The translations under genes and the position numbers were made by a program. From Octopus vulgaris (lineage: Eukaryota), in NCBI GenBank assembly GCA_951406725.2, contig OX597833.1:63984001-64048000 (forward strand): a DNA stretch of 64,000 nt. The letters are read 5' to 3'. Within the stretch, counting starts at the first letter, position 1. Each line of letters begins with the position of its first letter. Under the pieces are notes generated by a model. That model was not told the DNA's origin. It saw only the letters and a list, made by a program, of their open reading frames with translations, and made no database searches. Of this stretch, positions 30,270-44,181 are shown in pieces.

Positions 30270-32612
30270 TTCTTCTTCTTCTCCTTCTTCTCCTTCTTCT
30301 TCTTCTTCTTCTTCTTCTTTTTCTTCTTCTTCTTCTTCTTCTTCTTCTTCTTCTTTTTCTTCTTCCTTTTCATATCCTTCTTCTTCCTCTCCTTCCTCTC
30401 CTTCCTCTTCTTCTTTTTCGTCTTCATCCTCTGCTTCCTCTTCTTTTCCTTCTTCTTCTTCTTCTTCTTCTTCTTCTTCTTCTTCTTCTCCTTCCTCTCC
30501 TTCCTCTTCTTCGATCCACCCCGTCGTCTCATTCTTCCTTATCTTCTTCGTCTTTTCTTTCCCTTCTCTTCTCACTCCTCTTTCTCTCCCACCTCTCTTT
30601 AGCCTTCCTTTCTTGTGCCCCCAAACCACCACCCCCACTTCTTTTCATTATTCATTTACCCCTTCATTTCACATCACCACCTATTTTTTTTGCCACCCTT
30701 ACACAAACACTGCTACTTCTGCCACCACCGGCTCTGCCGCCGCCGCCTCCGCCGCCCCTGCCGCCTTCCCCGCCTCCGCCGCCTCCGCCGCCTCCGCCGC
30801 CGCCGCTGGTATTAGTGACGACCAACGATGGTGATAATAATAATTACTACGTTGATGACGACGATGATAATCTCTCTGATGATGATGTTGTCCTCACAGC
30901 CTTTTACAAGATGATAATGTTCATTGTACTTGGCAGCCATATAAATCACACGGCAACCTTCTCCCTCCCCCTCCCACCACGACCACCACCAACAGCACCA
31001 CCACCAGATCTATTTCCAGACTACTACTGTCTCTCCTTAATGCAAGCTTCTGTTCTTCTTCTTCTTCTTGTTCTTCCTCTGCTGTTTATTGCTTGCTGTA
31101 ATATCACAACTGGTTGCTACTGCAGCTTCTTCTTCTCCTCCTCCTCCTCCTCCTGTTGTTGTTGTTGTTGTTGTTGTTGCTATTGTTGTTGCTATTGTTG
31201 TTGCTATTGTTCCGATTAGCGCCGTTGCTATTGTGTGCTCTCGTTGCATTGTTGCTTGTGTTTTTTTTTCCTGGTCTGTTGTTGTTATTCTTGATATTGC
31301 TGTTGCTGCTGTTGCTGTTGTTACTGCTGCTGATGTGGTCGCTGCTATTCTTGCGGTTGGTTTCTATTTCGTTTGTGGTCGAAATCGTTTATGCAGCAAT
31401 CGATCTTCTTCTACCTTCTTCTTCTTCTTCTTCTTCTTCTTCTTCTTCTTCTTCTTCTTCTTCTTCCTCCTCTTCTTCTTTATTTTCTTCTTCTTCTTCT
31501 TCTTCTCCGTCTTCTTCTACCTTCTCGTCTCTTCTTCTTCTTCTTCTTCTTCTTCTTCTTCTTCTTCTTCTTCTTCTTCTTCTTCTTCTTCTTCTTCTTC
31601 TTCTTCTACCTTCTTCTTCTACCTTCTTCTTCTTCTACCTTCTTCTTCTTCTTCTTGTTCTTGTTCTGCTTCTTCTTCCTCCTTCTTCTTCTTCTTCTTC
31701 TTCTTCTTCTTCTTCATCCTCTGCTTTTTCTTCTTCTTCTTCTTCTTCTTCTTCTTCTTCTTCTTCTTCTTCTTCTTCTTCTTCTCCCCCTCCCCCTCCT
31801 CTTCTTCTTCTTCTTCTACCTTCTTCTTCCTCTCCTCCTCCTCCTCTTCTTCTTCTTCTTCTTCTTCTTCTTCTTCTTCTTCTCCTCCTCCTCCTCCTCC
31901 TCCTCTTCTTCGTCTTCTTCTTCGTCTTCTTCTACCTTCCACTTCTTCCTCTTCTTCTTCTTCTTCTTTTTCTTTTTCTTCTTCTTCGTCTTCTTCTACC
32001 TTCTTCTTCTTTTCTTCTTCTTCTTCTTCTTCTTCTTCTTCTCCGTCTTCTTCTACCTTCTCGTCTCTTCTTCTTCTTCTTCTTCTTCTTCTTCTTCTTC
32101 TTCTTCTTCTTCTTCGTCTCCTTCTACCTCATTGTTCTTCTTCTTTTTTTTCTTCTTCTTCTTCTTCTTCTTCTTCTTCTTCTCCGTCTTCTACCTTCTT
32201 CTTCTACCTCTTCTTCTTCTTCTTCTTCTTCTTCTTCTTCTTCTTCTACCTTCTTCGTCTTCTTCTACCTCATTGTTCTTTTTTTTCTTCTTCTTCTTCT
32301 TCTTCTTCTTCTTCTCCGTCTTCTACCTTCTTCTTCTACCTCTTCTTCTTCTTCTTCTTCTTCTTCTTCTTCTTCTTCTTCTTCTTCTTCTTCTACTAAG
32401 ATTTGCAAATTTCATTCATCTCTATTCTGTCGTGTCTATATTTTTAATGACTTTCTTTCCGTCAAAGTAAATCCTATTGGTTTTCCATTGTATTTCGTCA
32501 TTTATTTTGTCTTCGATGTCTTGTACCCTTGTGGCCAATAAAAAATATCATTAATATAATGCAGGTATTATCATTATTATTATTATTATTGTTATTGTTA
32601 TTGTTATTGTTG

Positions 32613-32661
<49 letters not shown>

Positions 32662-32690
32662 CATTATTATTATTATTATTGTTATTGTTA

Positions 32691-32724
<34 letters not shown>

Positions 32725-32780
32725 AATTATTATTATTATTATTATTATTATCATTATTATTATTATTATTGTTATTGTTA

Positions 32781-32821
<41 letters not shown>

Positions 32822-32845
32822 GCTATTGTTGTTGTTGTTGTTGTT

Positions 32846-32876
<31 letters not shown>

Positions 32877-32908
32877 TTATTATTGTTGTTGTTGTTGTTG
32901 TTCTTCTT

Positions 32909-32939
<31 letters not shown>

Positions 32940-32950
32940 TTATTATTATT
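30230..32950. repeat. Trinucleotide repeat cluster: (CTT)n, (GCC)n, (GTT)n, (ATT)n
   Basis: Direct reading; the (CTT)n block at ~31400-32395 has recurring variant units. Confidence 0.95.
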
Positions 32951-32993
32951 ATACATATGGCGTCTCGCAATCGAAGTGGACTTAAGGAAACAT

Positions 32994-33038
<45 letters not shown>

Positions 33039-33909
33039 ATATATATATATATATATTTGTAAACCTATCTACGTACACGTGCATGTTCACACATGCGTAT
33101 ACATACTCACAAACTTACACACACATGTCCACACTCACACACAAGTTAATGATGTTCGTTCGGGCTAAATATATTCTCGTAACCAAAACGTATGTTGGCG
33201 CATATACTCTCTCACACACATGTACAGAGAAGACGCGTGCACACACACACACACACACACACTCTCACAGGTCTATGGAATTTGAGTTCCGAACAATTCG
33301 AAGACAAAGTTAGAGCAAAACAAACACTCAGTACCTATGAAGTGTATTACAAATATATTTTTATGCCTTCATTATTTTGACTCTTGTAATATGGTGGACA
33401 TTGCACAGATGTTGTGTACCGTCCAGGGGTCTTTTATTTGGCATTTGTACAAAGGATCCCCCTTTTTTAAAAGAATAACATTACCGACCATTATATTAGT
33501 GACATTTAGAGTCTCCGAGCACGGTATGTTGTTTACTTCCGGTTGCGCTGTTGGGCTTCATCTCATCTCTACAATGTTTCCTCGTAGAATTTATTATCAT
33601 CGCCATATTTGTAAAGGAATTCCGCCATAATTTCTTTTGTGTATTTTTTTTTGGTATTTTGTACGATTTAAAGATTTTGGCGTATCAAAATACAGCGACA
33701 GGACAATGGAAATTTGGACGCGTGCACTGACACACAAACGCAAGCACACACAAACACACACAAACACACACACACACACTCATTCGCGTACGCGTCGATG
33801 CACAAATATATATATATATGTTTGTGCATATATGTATATATGCATGCATGTATATATGTATATATATACTTATATATATATATATATACATACACACACA
33901 CATATATAT

Positions 33910-33942
<33 letters not shown>

Positions 33943-33966
33943 CATACATATATATATATATATTTA

Positions 33967-34069
<103 letters not shown>

Positions 34070-34259
34070 ACATACATACATATTTATACATATATATATA
34101 TATCCATATATCTATTTGCTATGTTGAAACACTGAAATTCGAAACGTGATATACTTCTTCAGTTTTTCTCGATCGTTAAACTAATGCACTTGCACTTGCT
34201 TGTTGTTCATACACCTGTCTTCGTCGTTTGTTTTTCTATAGGTTTCAACTATATATATA

Positions 34260-35420
34260 CGAGGGGCGTTCAATAAGTAATGCCCCTGACCCACTTCCCA
34301 TAGCAGTAGAGCAACGAAACTTGGCACAGTTATTAGTCTTTTTCTACATAGGAACCACCCAGAGTTACGCATTTCTCCCATTGTTCGATGCAGCTCTGGA
34401 GACCGTTTTTGTAGAAGACCCCAGCTTGGTCCTCCAACCATGACGTGACTTCAGAAATCAAGGCTGCATCATCTGGGAAACGCTTTCCTTCCAAAAGCAA
34501 CTTCATGACTGGGAAGAGGTGAAAATCAGAGGGTGCAAGGTCAGGAAAGTAGGGGGATGGGGGAGGAGTTCATAGCCATACGCCTGTGCTTCTGATCTGG
34601 CGACAAGCGAGTTGTGGACCGGAGCGTTGTCCTGCAGGAGGAGGATGTCTTTGCTGATCTTGCCCCGCCTCTTGATTTTGATAACTTCTCTTAATTTCCT
34701 CAAAAATGAAGCATAATAGGCTCCTGCACTTGTGATACCCTTTGCCAGGAAATCTGTCATCACTACTCCGTCCTGGTCCCAGAAGACTGTGAGCATGACC
34801 TTGCCAGCGGATGGCTGCACCCTTGCTTTCTTTGGAGGGGGTAAGTCACGGTGCTTCCACTGCATTGACTGGGCTTTGGTCTCTGGATCATCGTGATGGA
34901 CCCAGGTTTCATCCTGTGTAATCAGTCTTTTGAAAAATTTTGACTCATCTTTTTGGCACATCTCCAAATTCACCCTCGAGCACTCGACGCGTTCTTGCTT
35001 CTGGAAAGGCGTGAGCAACCTGGGAATCCATCTGGCAGACACCTTTTGCATATGCAAATGGTCATGAATGATAGTTTCCACAGACCCGGTACTAATCTTG
35101 ACCTCATGGGCTATTTGGCGAATAATTATGCGTCGATCTTCCAAAATGGCAGCCTCAACTTAACGGACAGATGCCTCATCAATGGCAGAAGGGGCGACCA
35201 GATCTGGGAGCTGTTTCCACAGAGTTCCGACCATGTTTGAATTCACGATGCCAGCGTTTTACAAGGTCATATGATGGGACATCTTCACCATAAGTTACTT
35301 TCATTTCATCAAAAGTCTCCCGTGGTGTGCGTCCTTTCAAATACAAAAACCGGATCACTGCTCGACACTCAACTGGCTCCATTTCACACTTGACTCGGTT
35401 CAAACACCTGTAAATCAGAA
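34260..35420 (-). mobile_element. Mariner transposon with one terminus preserved and the other lost at a SINE
   Basis: ta|CGAGGGGCGTTCAATAAGTAATG mariner-type terminus at 34260; no matching terminus seen beyond 35420. Confidence 0.88.
34333..35382 (-). pseudogene. Near full-length mariner DD34D transposase with frameshifts
   Basis: MEPVECRAVIRFLYLKG..RSGRP; WIPRLLT; ITQDETWVH; LLLQDNAPVH; LLPHPP; C-terminus WEKCVTLGGSYVEKD*; split over several frames. Confidence 0.93.
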
Positions 35421-35429
35421 ATATATATA

Positions 35430-35830
35430 TCGGCTGTTAAGCGATGTTGGGGGGACAAACACAGACATACAAACTCACACACACACATATATATATACAT
35501 ATATACGCCGGGCTTCTTTCAGTTTCCGTCTACCAAATCTACTCACAAGGCTTTGGTCAGCCCGAAGCTATAGTTGAAGACACTTGGCCAAGGTGCCACG
35601 CAGCGGGACTGAACTTGGAACCATCTGGTTGGTAAGTAAGCTCCTTTATTTCATCGAATTGACCATGAAGGTCGACCACAGATAAATGTAGCTGCGGGCT
35701 GGACAAAGACATCAGTGTGTATGAAAACGACAAAGATGAAAAACAAAAAATGGGAGGGCACCGGCGCCCGCCGACCGATAACCCCTTACTGTGTGGTAAG
35801 TAAGTTACGTACCACACAGCTACTCCCACG
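35430..35830 (-). mobile_element. Partial SINE family A carrying a 153 bp insertion in its head
   Basis: Insert 35641-35793 is flanked by the direct repeat TGGTAAGTAAG (35630-35640, 35794-35804). Confidence 0.8.
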
Positions 35831-36583
35831 TCTTCCCATTTTTTATTGAAGAATCCGGTAAATTTTGGCTGAAAATAATTTCATCGGTGCAGTGATTTGA
35901 TCGCAAAACCGAACGAAACTAATTGCGATCAGATCTTAGAACGGAAAGACCGAAAACTCTGTAGCGCTCTACAAGAGAATGGCATTACTTCGTTCCGCAA
36001 GACACTCTCTGGCGGCTTTGCCATCCAGCATTGTATAAACCATCACACGCACAGTAATATAGACATGTGACATCTAACGACTTTACGATGCCAGGAGACT
36101 AGATGGTAGGTGACGTTTAAGTGTCAGAGAAGATTTCCAGAAGACAGTTATGTATGTTACCAGCGTTTCTATGGCACAATCAATTCGACTGCTGCCTACC
36201 ATTGTTCTGCAGATAATAAATCGATTTTCATTGGAGCAATAAAATTCTCCCAAGAATTTGGATTAGATACCGAAGAGATTAAAATTTTAGACAAAAGCAC
36301 TAACTACAACAATAACAACGACGACCACAACCACGACGACGGCAACAACAACAATAACAAAACCAGCAACAACGGAATAGCATTACTATTACATCACCGC
36401 CATCTATATCATAAACGTTATCATCGTCGTCGTCTTCTTTCTCCTCCTCCTAATCATCATCATCATCATCATCATCATCATTACAATCATTATCATAATC
36501 ATCTTGTCATTGTTGTTGTTGATATTGTTGTTGTTCTTCTTCTAATATTTGTGGTACAGGTGATGGTGCTGCTGCTGCTGCTG

Positions 36584-36619
<36 letters not shown>

Positions 36620-36643
36620 ATAATAATAATAATAATAATAATG

Positions 36644-36679
<36 letters not shown>

Positions 36680-36748
36680 TTAATAATAATAATAATGATG
36701 ATGATAATAATAATAATAATAATATTAATAATAATAATAATAATAATG

Positions 36749-36779
<31 letters not shown>

Positions 36780-36790
36780 TGACGATGATG

Positions 36791-36877
<87 letters not shown>

Positions 36878-36984
36878 TTAATAATGTTTTCTGTATTGAG
36901 GACATGGGCCGAACACGGGACAAATACGGACAACGAAACACGAGGGACGCGTGGTGTTTCGCACAATGTCGTCCATAACATTCC

Positions 36985-37700
36985 TACGGGAAATCACCAA
37001 GATCACACAATGAAAGAAATACTGACAGAAAAACTTCAGGATATATGTGGAAATGGAGAAGAAACAATAAATCTGGTTGCCCAGTCCTGGCTGAGAAGGA
37101 ATATATTCACAGCCGCGACAGAGTTGGGATCTATATACAGTGGAAGCTATGCCATAACTATGGAATAACAACAGAAAAAGATGGTATAGGTACACACTGG
37201 AAAAGGAGATAGAAAAAGAGAGAGCAACCATAGTCTGGGATACGCCAATACACACAGATAGAGAAATTAAGGCCAACAGGCCAGATATAGTTGTCAGAGA
37301 TCATGAAGAAAAAAAAATGCTTTCTAATTGATGTATCACTACCAGCAGATGACAAGGTTCCTCTAAAAGAAATTGAGATACTTTCAAAATATAAAGATCT
37401 GAAAATAGAGGTAACTAGAATGTGGAATCTAAAGCCAGAAACAATTCCTATTATAGTAGGTGTATTAGGCATGATAAAAAAAATTCAGACAAATACATAA
37501 CAAAAACATCATGACTGACAAGTATATATAACATACAGAAAATAGCACTTCTAAGCACCGCACAATTCCTACGTTAAACTCTGTCATTACAGTGAAATTA
37601 AGAGCACCACAGCAAACTACAACACATTCCCAAGGCACACAGAGCTGCGCTCGGTAGTGCAGTGGGAACACGTCATAAAAATAAAGCTACCGAATAATAA
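36985..37700 (+). pseudogene. 3' fragment of an R4/Dong-type RLE non-LTR retrotransposon
   Basis: CGNGEETIN..GCPVLAEKEYIHSRDRVG..WKLC (zinc knuckle); WDTPIHTDREIKANRPDIVVRD..CFLIDVSLP..KYKDL..IPIIVGVLG (PD-(D/E)xK endonuclease); ends in AATAATAA; long (AAT)n just upstream. Confidence 0.9.
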
Positions 37701-38169
37701 ACATAATAATAAAAATGGTTATAGTCAATTCCATTACAACCAGTGCCTTGTTCTGTAGCAATTCCATTACAACTGGTACCTTATTCTAATGACGTGGACT
37801 ATGTGAACCGTAAATTTGAAGCAAGATATGAACCGGAAAGCAAGCAGCCGGAACATATATTGCGATGCAGTTTTTTTCCCTTATATTTCTAGCATTCTCC
37901 CAATCCACAAAACGGATCTACCTACCGCATGTAACATATGTGCAGAAGGTAACTGAAAAATACATTTGTTACAAGATCAAAAACATGCTAGTAGGGTCTT
38001 TGCATTGAAAAATGCAAAGGGTATGTCTGCTAAATATTAAATATTCATCTTATAACAATAAATAAATAATTTGAATGTATAATTTCAGATTTAAATTAAT
38101 TTTAATGATTATAAGGGTGTCTATTTACTTCTGTCGTGTCTGTATGAGTATGTGTGCGTATATATATAT

Positions 38170-38233
<64 letters not shown>

Positions 38234-38253
38234 TACATACATATATATACATT

Positions 38254-38414
38254 GGTGTAGGAGTGGATACGTGGTAAGTAGCTTGCATACGAACCACATG
38301 GTTTCGGGTTCAGTCCCACTGCGTGGCACCTTGGCCGAATGTTTTCTACTATAGCCCCGGGTCGACCAAAGCCTTGTGAGTGGATTTGGTAGACGGAAAC
38401 TGAAAGAAGCTTGT

Positions 38415-38477
<63 letters not shown>

Positions 38478-38685
38478 GTGTGTGCGTATTTATGTGTCTG
38501 TGTTTGTCCCCCCAACACCGCTTGACAACCGATGCTGGTGTGTTCACGTCCCGTAACTTAGCGGTTCGGCAAAACAGACCGATAGAATAAGTACTAGGCT
38601 TACAAAGAATAAGTCCTGGGGTCGATTTGCTAGACTAAAAGCATGGCTACAGTCAAATGACTGAAACAAGTAAAAGAGTAAAAGA

Positions 38686-38688
<3 letters not shown>
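38254..38688 (+). mobile_element. SINE family A
   Basis: Homologous to 301-717. Confidence 0.88.
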
Positions 38689-38735
<47 letters not shown>

Positions 38736-39488
38736 TTTGACATATAATCATATGCGCATGTGCATGCGTATGACTTTAATGCAAGTGTGATGTATATACC
38801 CACGCCGTTTTAGTGTAAGCGTATGCGTGTGGTGCACATGTGTGTGCGAGTAGCCTGTGTCTGTACACATGTCTGCTGTTCTTAACTCTCATTACATCAA
38901 AATGACTTTTCATCGCTGCTATAAAATATGGAGGAAAAGCACTTCTGGACGCGACAGCTCAATCAATTTCCTCCTCACAGACCTACAACCATATTCCAAT
39001 CGAGATAAGACCATTCTTAATATACTAACATTCTACCTCTATACCAAGTCATTAATTTATGCACCGGCAGCGGCGGCGGAGACGAAGACGAAAATGGCGG
39101 CCAAAAAAGCAAACGGAATTGATAATGATATAAATAGAATTGTGTAATGGTAATTTAGTCCTACCACCTCCGAGCTCTGCCTCTTCCCACTTCATTTTCG
39201 TCAATATTAGTTTTATCTGTCTATATTAACTAGGTTTTCATTTACACTATTTCCGATTCGCCTTTTGTTTTTCAAGCATTATTATTATATTATGTTATTG
39301 CGTTTTTGGCTTTAAATAAATTTGTCAATTATATCCCCCCCGCCACATCTCTCCCTGAGCACAGGGGCGGTTGCACGCGCGCGAGCTAACACACATAAGA
39401 AAGAGAAGTTCACACACACTAACATATAGATATGAACGTCGACCTTAGCCTCACAAAGTCATAAAATAAAATCTCATGAGTTGATATT

Positions 39489-39523
<35 letters not shown>

Positions 39524-39736
39524 GTATGTATATATATATGCATATATATATGTATATATATATATATATATTTACACATGTCTGTGTTTATGTATGTATG
39601 TATATATGTGTGTATGTATTTGTGTATATCCGTGTGTATGTATGTGTGTATATGCAAATTATGTATGTATCTATGCGTTTATGTACGTGTATTTATGCAT
39701 TTATGTATACACATACGTGTGCAAATATGTACATAG

Positions 39737-39829
<93 letters not shown>

Positions 39830-40927
39830 ATATATGTATATATATATGTATATATATATACATATATATATATGTATATATATATATATAAATATATATA
39901 TATATGTGTGTATATATACGTATAGCTATGCATACTTTCAAATATACATACACACATACAAACACTCAAACAGGCACCTGTGTTTACGTATATTTGTATG
40001 CATTTTTGCATATATATATATATGTGTGTGTTTGCATAAATATATCAACACACTCATAGAAACACACGCACACACACACATATATACACATATATATACA
40101 CACATATATATATGTATATTTATATACAAATCTATGTGTGTGTTTATATATATATATATATATATACATATATAAAGACACACGCACGCGCGTATTTACT
40201 ACCGCCTCCGAACTAGTTACGATAACGGTCGCAGTCATAAATCCAGTTATTATAAAGCGATAATAACTGAGATTATCAATCACCCGTATTTTTGCGTTAA
40301 TGGTAATGCTATTTATCACTTATCAATACTAGGAGTGGTGGTGGTGGTCGTGGTGGGGACGGGGGTAAGAAAGTAGGCCGCCCTCTGTGGTATTGGAAAT
40401 CAAGAATAATCTATGTTCTTCGATCTACATCTCCCCCACACTCCACCAATCCCATTACCATCACCAGTTCTGTAGTTACTGCCAGCTGCAATTTGAATCA
40501 ATGATGGAACCTCTGTGTGGATGCTTACCAGCTAGACAGAGCTGCCAATCCTCCCTCAAATATCACAGTAATGCTTTTTTTTATTGAAGGGCTACTTTAT
40601 ATAATGGTTCTAACTTTTGGTACAAGTTAACACGAAAAGAAGATGATATCGGTATATCTGAGTTCAGCTGGTGGTCTATTTTATCGATATCGATAGGATG
40701 AAATGGTAAGTCAACCTCGGCGGTATCAGAACCCAGAAAGTAATAGGAAATGCCACAAAAACCTTTGTCTGATGCGCTAACGATTCCACAAGTTCACTGT
40801 CTTGGAGAGACTTTACGTAATGAATATCATTATAAATTATGCAGATTCCAAGAAATTAAGTTGGTACAAATGGAAGCTGAAAACGTTTTGAGCATAGATC
40901 TGCATAAAAATGCCAGAATTGGAACTA

Positions 40928-40989
<62 letters not shown>

Positions 40990-41039
40990 TAATAATAATA
41001 ATAATAATAACGATAAAAGCGAAGACATTAACTAAGAAT

Positions 41040-41605
41040 AAAGGCGGCGAGTTGGAAGAGTCGTTAGCACGCCGGGCGAAATGCTTAGCGGTAATTCGTC
41101 TGCCTTTACGTTCTGAGTTCACATTCAGCCGAGGTCGACTTTGCCTTTTATCCTTTCGCGGTCGATAAATTAAGTACCAGTTGCGCACTGGAGTCGATGT
41201 AATCGACTTAATCCGTTTGTTTGTCCTTGTTTGTCCCCTCTGTGTTTAGCCCTTTGTGAGTAGTAAAGAAATCAGTATTTCGTCTGTCTTTCCGTTCAGA
41301 GTTCAAATTCTGCCGAGGTCGACTTTGCCTTTCATCCTTTCGGATTCCATTAAATAAGTACCAGTTACGGACTGAGGTCGATATAATCGACTTAATCCGT
41401 TTGTCTGTCCTTGTTTGTCCTCTTGGTGTTTAGCCCCTTGTGGGTAGTAAAGAAATAGTATTTCGTCTGTCTCTACGTTTTGAGTTCAAATTCCGCCGAG
41501 GTCAACTTTGCCTTTCATCCTTCCCAGGGTGATAGATTGAGTACCCTTTGCATCGATTTGCTCCCTCCTCCAAAATTTCAGGCCTTGTGCCTCGAGTAGA
41601 AAAGA
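41040..41605 (+). mobile_element. SINE family B trimer whose last unit has the alternative 3' end
   Basis: Head AAGGCGGCGAGTTGG; junctions AAAGAAAT..GTATTTCGTCTG at ~41270 and ~41455. Confidence 0.85.
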
Positions 41606-41909
41606 ATACGGTACGGTTGGTAAAGTGGTGAGCTGGCAGAATCGTTAGCACGCAGGGCGATCGAATTTGTGTTTCACCTTTTCTGGATCAATCAAAATAA
41701 GTAACCTTGGGGTCGATGTAATCGTCTTACACCCTACCCCCAAATTCCTGGCCTTGTGCCATAATTTGAAACTAATATTATCTCCGTCAACGCATATCAA
41801 TACGAATCGTGTCTTTAACTACAGCACAAGAATATAGATTTTTTTTTGTTATTATGGAAGGGCCAACAGGTCATTATCTCGACACAAATACTATTTATTT
41901 TTTCTTCAT

Positions 41910-42290
41910 TTTATATTTCACTTGTTTCAGTCATTGGACTGCGGCCATGATGGAACATCGCCTCGAAGAATTTAATCAAACAAATTGACCCCCGGCATGT
42001 ATTTGCATGTCTGATGCTTATCCTATCGGTTGGTTAAGTAACGGGGACCTAAGCTTGCCAACACCGTTCGGCTAGAGGTGGCGTGGGATAAACACAATAC
42101 GTACACACGTACAAACATAAAACACACATATGAAGGGTTTCTTTCAACTTCCGTTAACGAAATCCCCTCACAAACGTTTTCTCAGCCCGGTGCTATTGTG
42201 GAAGACACTCGCACATGATGTTGCGCTGTGGAATTGAACCAAGGACCTCATGGTTGGGATGCAAGCTTCTTCAACACACAGGCACGCCTT
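41910..42290 (-). mobile_element. Old, diverged SINE family A
   Basis: TGTTTCAGTCATTGGACTGCGGCCATGATGGAAC tail and degenerate head. Confidence 0.75.
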
Positions 42291-42489
42291 TGTACTTTGT
42301 ATTATTGGCCATGGAAGGATGAAAGACTAAACAGATTTCTACAGTTTAGAACCCAGAATGTCACAGGGGATTTTTTTACTAGAAATCCCAAATTATTCTG
42401 GCCGAGAGATTTCCTGATTGGCACGGTTAATTTCTGAGAGAAACAAATTTTATTGAAATCTTTAGTGGTGAAGTACGCGTGAGAATATA

Positions 42490-42907
42490 TCTATTTCTTT
42501 ACTACCCACAAGGGGCTAAACACAGAGAGGGGACAAACAAGGACAGACAAACGGATTAAGTCGATTATATCGACTCCAGTGCAAAACTGGTACTTATTCT
42601 ATCGACCCCGAAAGGATGAAAGGCAAAGTCGACCTCGGCGAAATTTGAACTCAGAACGTAGCGGCAGAGGAAATACCTATTTCTTTACTACCCACAAGGG
42701 GCTAAATACAGAGAGGACAAACAAGGACAGACAAACGGATTAAGTCGATTATATCGACCCCAGTGCGCAACTGGTACTTATTTAATCGATCCCGATTATG
42801 AAAGGCACAGTCGACCTCGGCGAAACTTGAACTCAGAACGTAACTGCAGACGAAATACGGCCACGCGTTTCGCCCGGCGTGCTAACGTTTCTGCCAGCTC
42901 GCCGCCT
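42490..42907 (-). mobile_element. SINE family B dimer within a perfect 16 bp TSD
   Basis: TACGCGTGAGAATATA at 42474-42489 and 42908-42923; unit period 186 bp (42491 to 42677). Confidence 0.92.
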
Positions 42908-43799
42908 TACGCGTGAGAATATACCATCTCTCATGCGGCCCGAATCTCGAATAGGTTGCCCATGCCTGATCCATCGATCTCTGTATTTAAAATACATCTT
43001 TTGTAATCGGCCACAGAAGGGATGAAAGACAGTCGGCCTTGGCATGATTTGAACATGGAATGTAAAGAGCCGGAAAAAGAACACATGGAATTTTGTTCGA
43101 ATTTGTAGCGATTCTGCTGATGCCGCAATCTGAATAATAGAACGTCAGCAGAAAAAAAAAATTGATTTACAAATAACATAATTTCGTAAAAAAATTTTTT
43201 TTGATAATAAAATTTCCTAATGATAGAATTAACTAATAATAAAATTTGCAAATAATATAATTTATTAATGATTACGAAAAATAAATTTTCATTTTAAGAT
43301 TTCCTATAACACTACATTTGAATATATGTTACAAAAATTGTAGGTTACATTCATTTGTATTTACATACATACTTCAATGTAATGGAAACTTAAATAAAGG
43401 CAGCGAGATGGCAGAATCGTTAGAACGCCGGTCTAAACTGCTTCGCAGCATTTCGGCGGTCTCTACGTCGTGAGTTCAAATTCCGCCGTGGTCGACTGAG
43501 CATTTTATCTTATTGAGGTCGATGAAGTAAGTATCAGTCAAATACTGTGATCGATGTAATCGGTTTATCCTCTCCTCTTTTGTGGACCTCTTTCGGGGTC
43601 TAAAAGTAACTACCTGTCGACCACTCTGATCGATGTTATCGACTTGTTCACTACCCCGAAACTGCTAGATTTAGGCCATCATTTGAAACCATTATGATAT
43701 ATACATGCAATGCGACGACCTAGCAGAATCGTTAGGGCACCGAGCTGTTATACATGCGTACACGCATACGTACGTACGTACATACAAACATACATACAT

Positions 43800-44130
43800 T
43801 ACGACGGCATTCAATCGGTTACGACGACGAGGGTCCCAGCTGATGCGATTAACGGAACAGCCTGCTCGTGAAATTAACGTGCAAGTGGCTGAGAATTCCA
43901 CAGACACGTGTAATCTTAACGTAGTTCTTAGGGAGGTTCAGCGTGACACAAAGTGTGACAAGGCTGGCCCTTTGAAATACAGGTACAACTCAATTTTGTC
44001 AGCTGAGTGGACTGGAGCAAGGTGAAAATAAAATGTCTTGCTGAAGGACACAACGCGTCGCCAGGAATTGAACTCACGACCTTTCGATCGTGAGCCGAAC
44101 GCCCTAACCATTAAGCCACGCGCCTTCACC
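43800..44130 (-). mobile_element. SINE family C (head H2 + tail T2)
   Basis: Head matches the 61765-62281 units; 3' part matches 27035-27190. Confidence 0.85.
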
Positions 44131-44150
44131 ATACATACATGCATAATGCA

Positions 44151-44181
<31 letters not shown>

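Noticed and set aside
31068-32541. 365-475 aa ORFs in three frames
   Set aside because: (CTT)n repeat with no stop codons; low-complexity artefact
36110-37168. 352 aa ORF
   Set aside because: Mostly trinucleotide repeats; only the tail overlaps the R4/Dong relic
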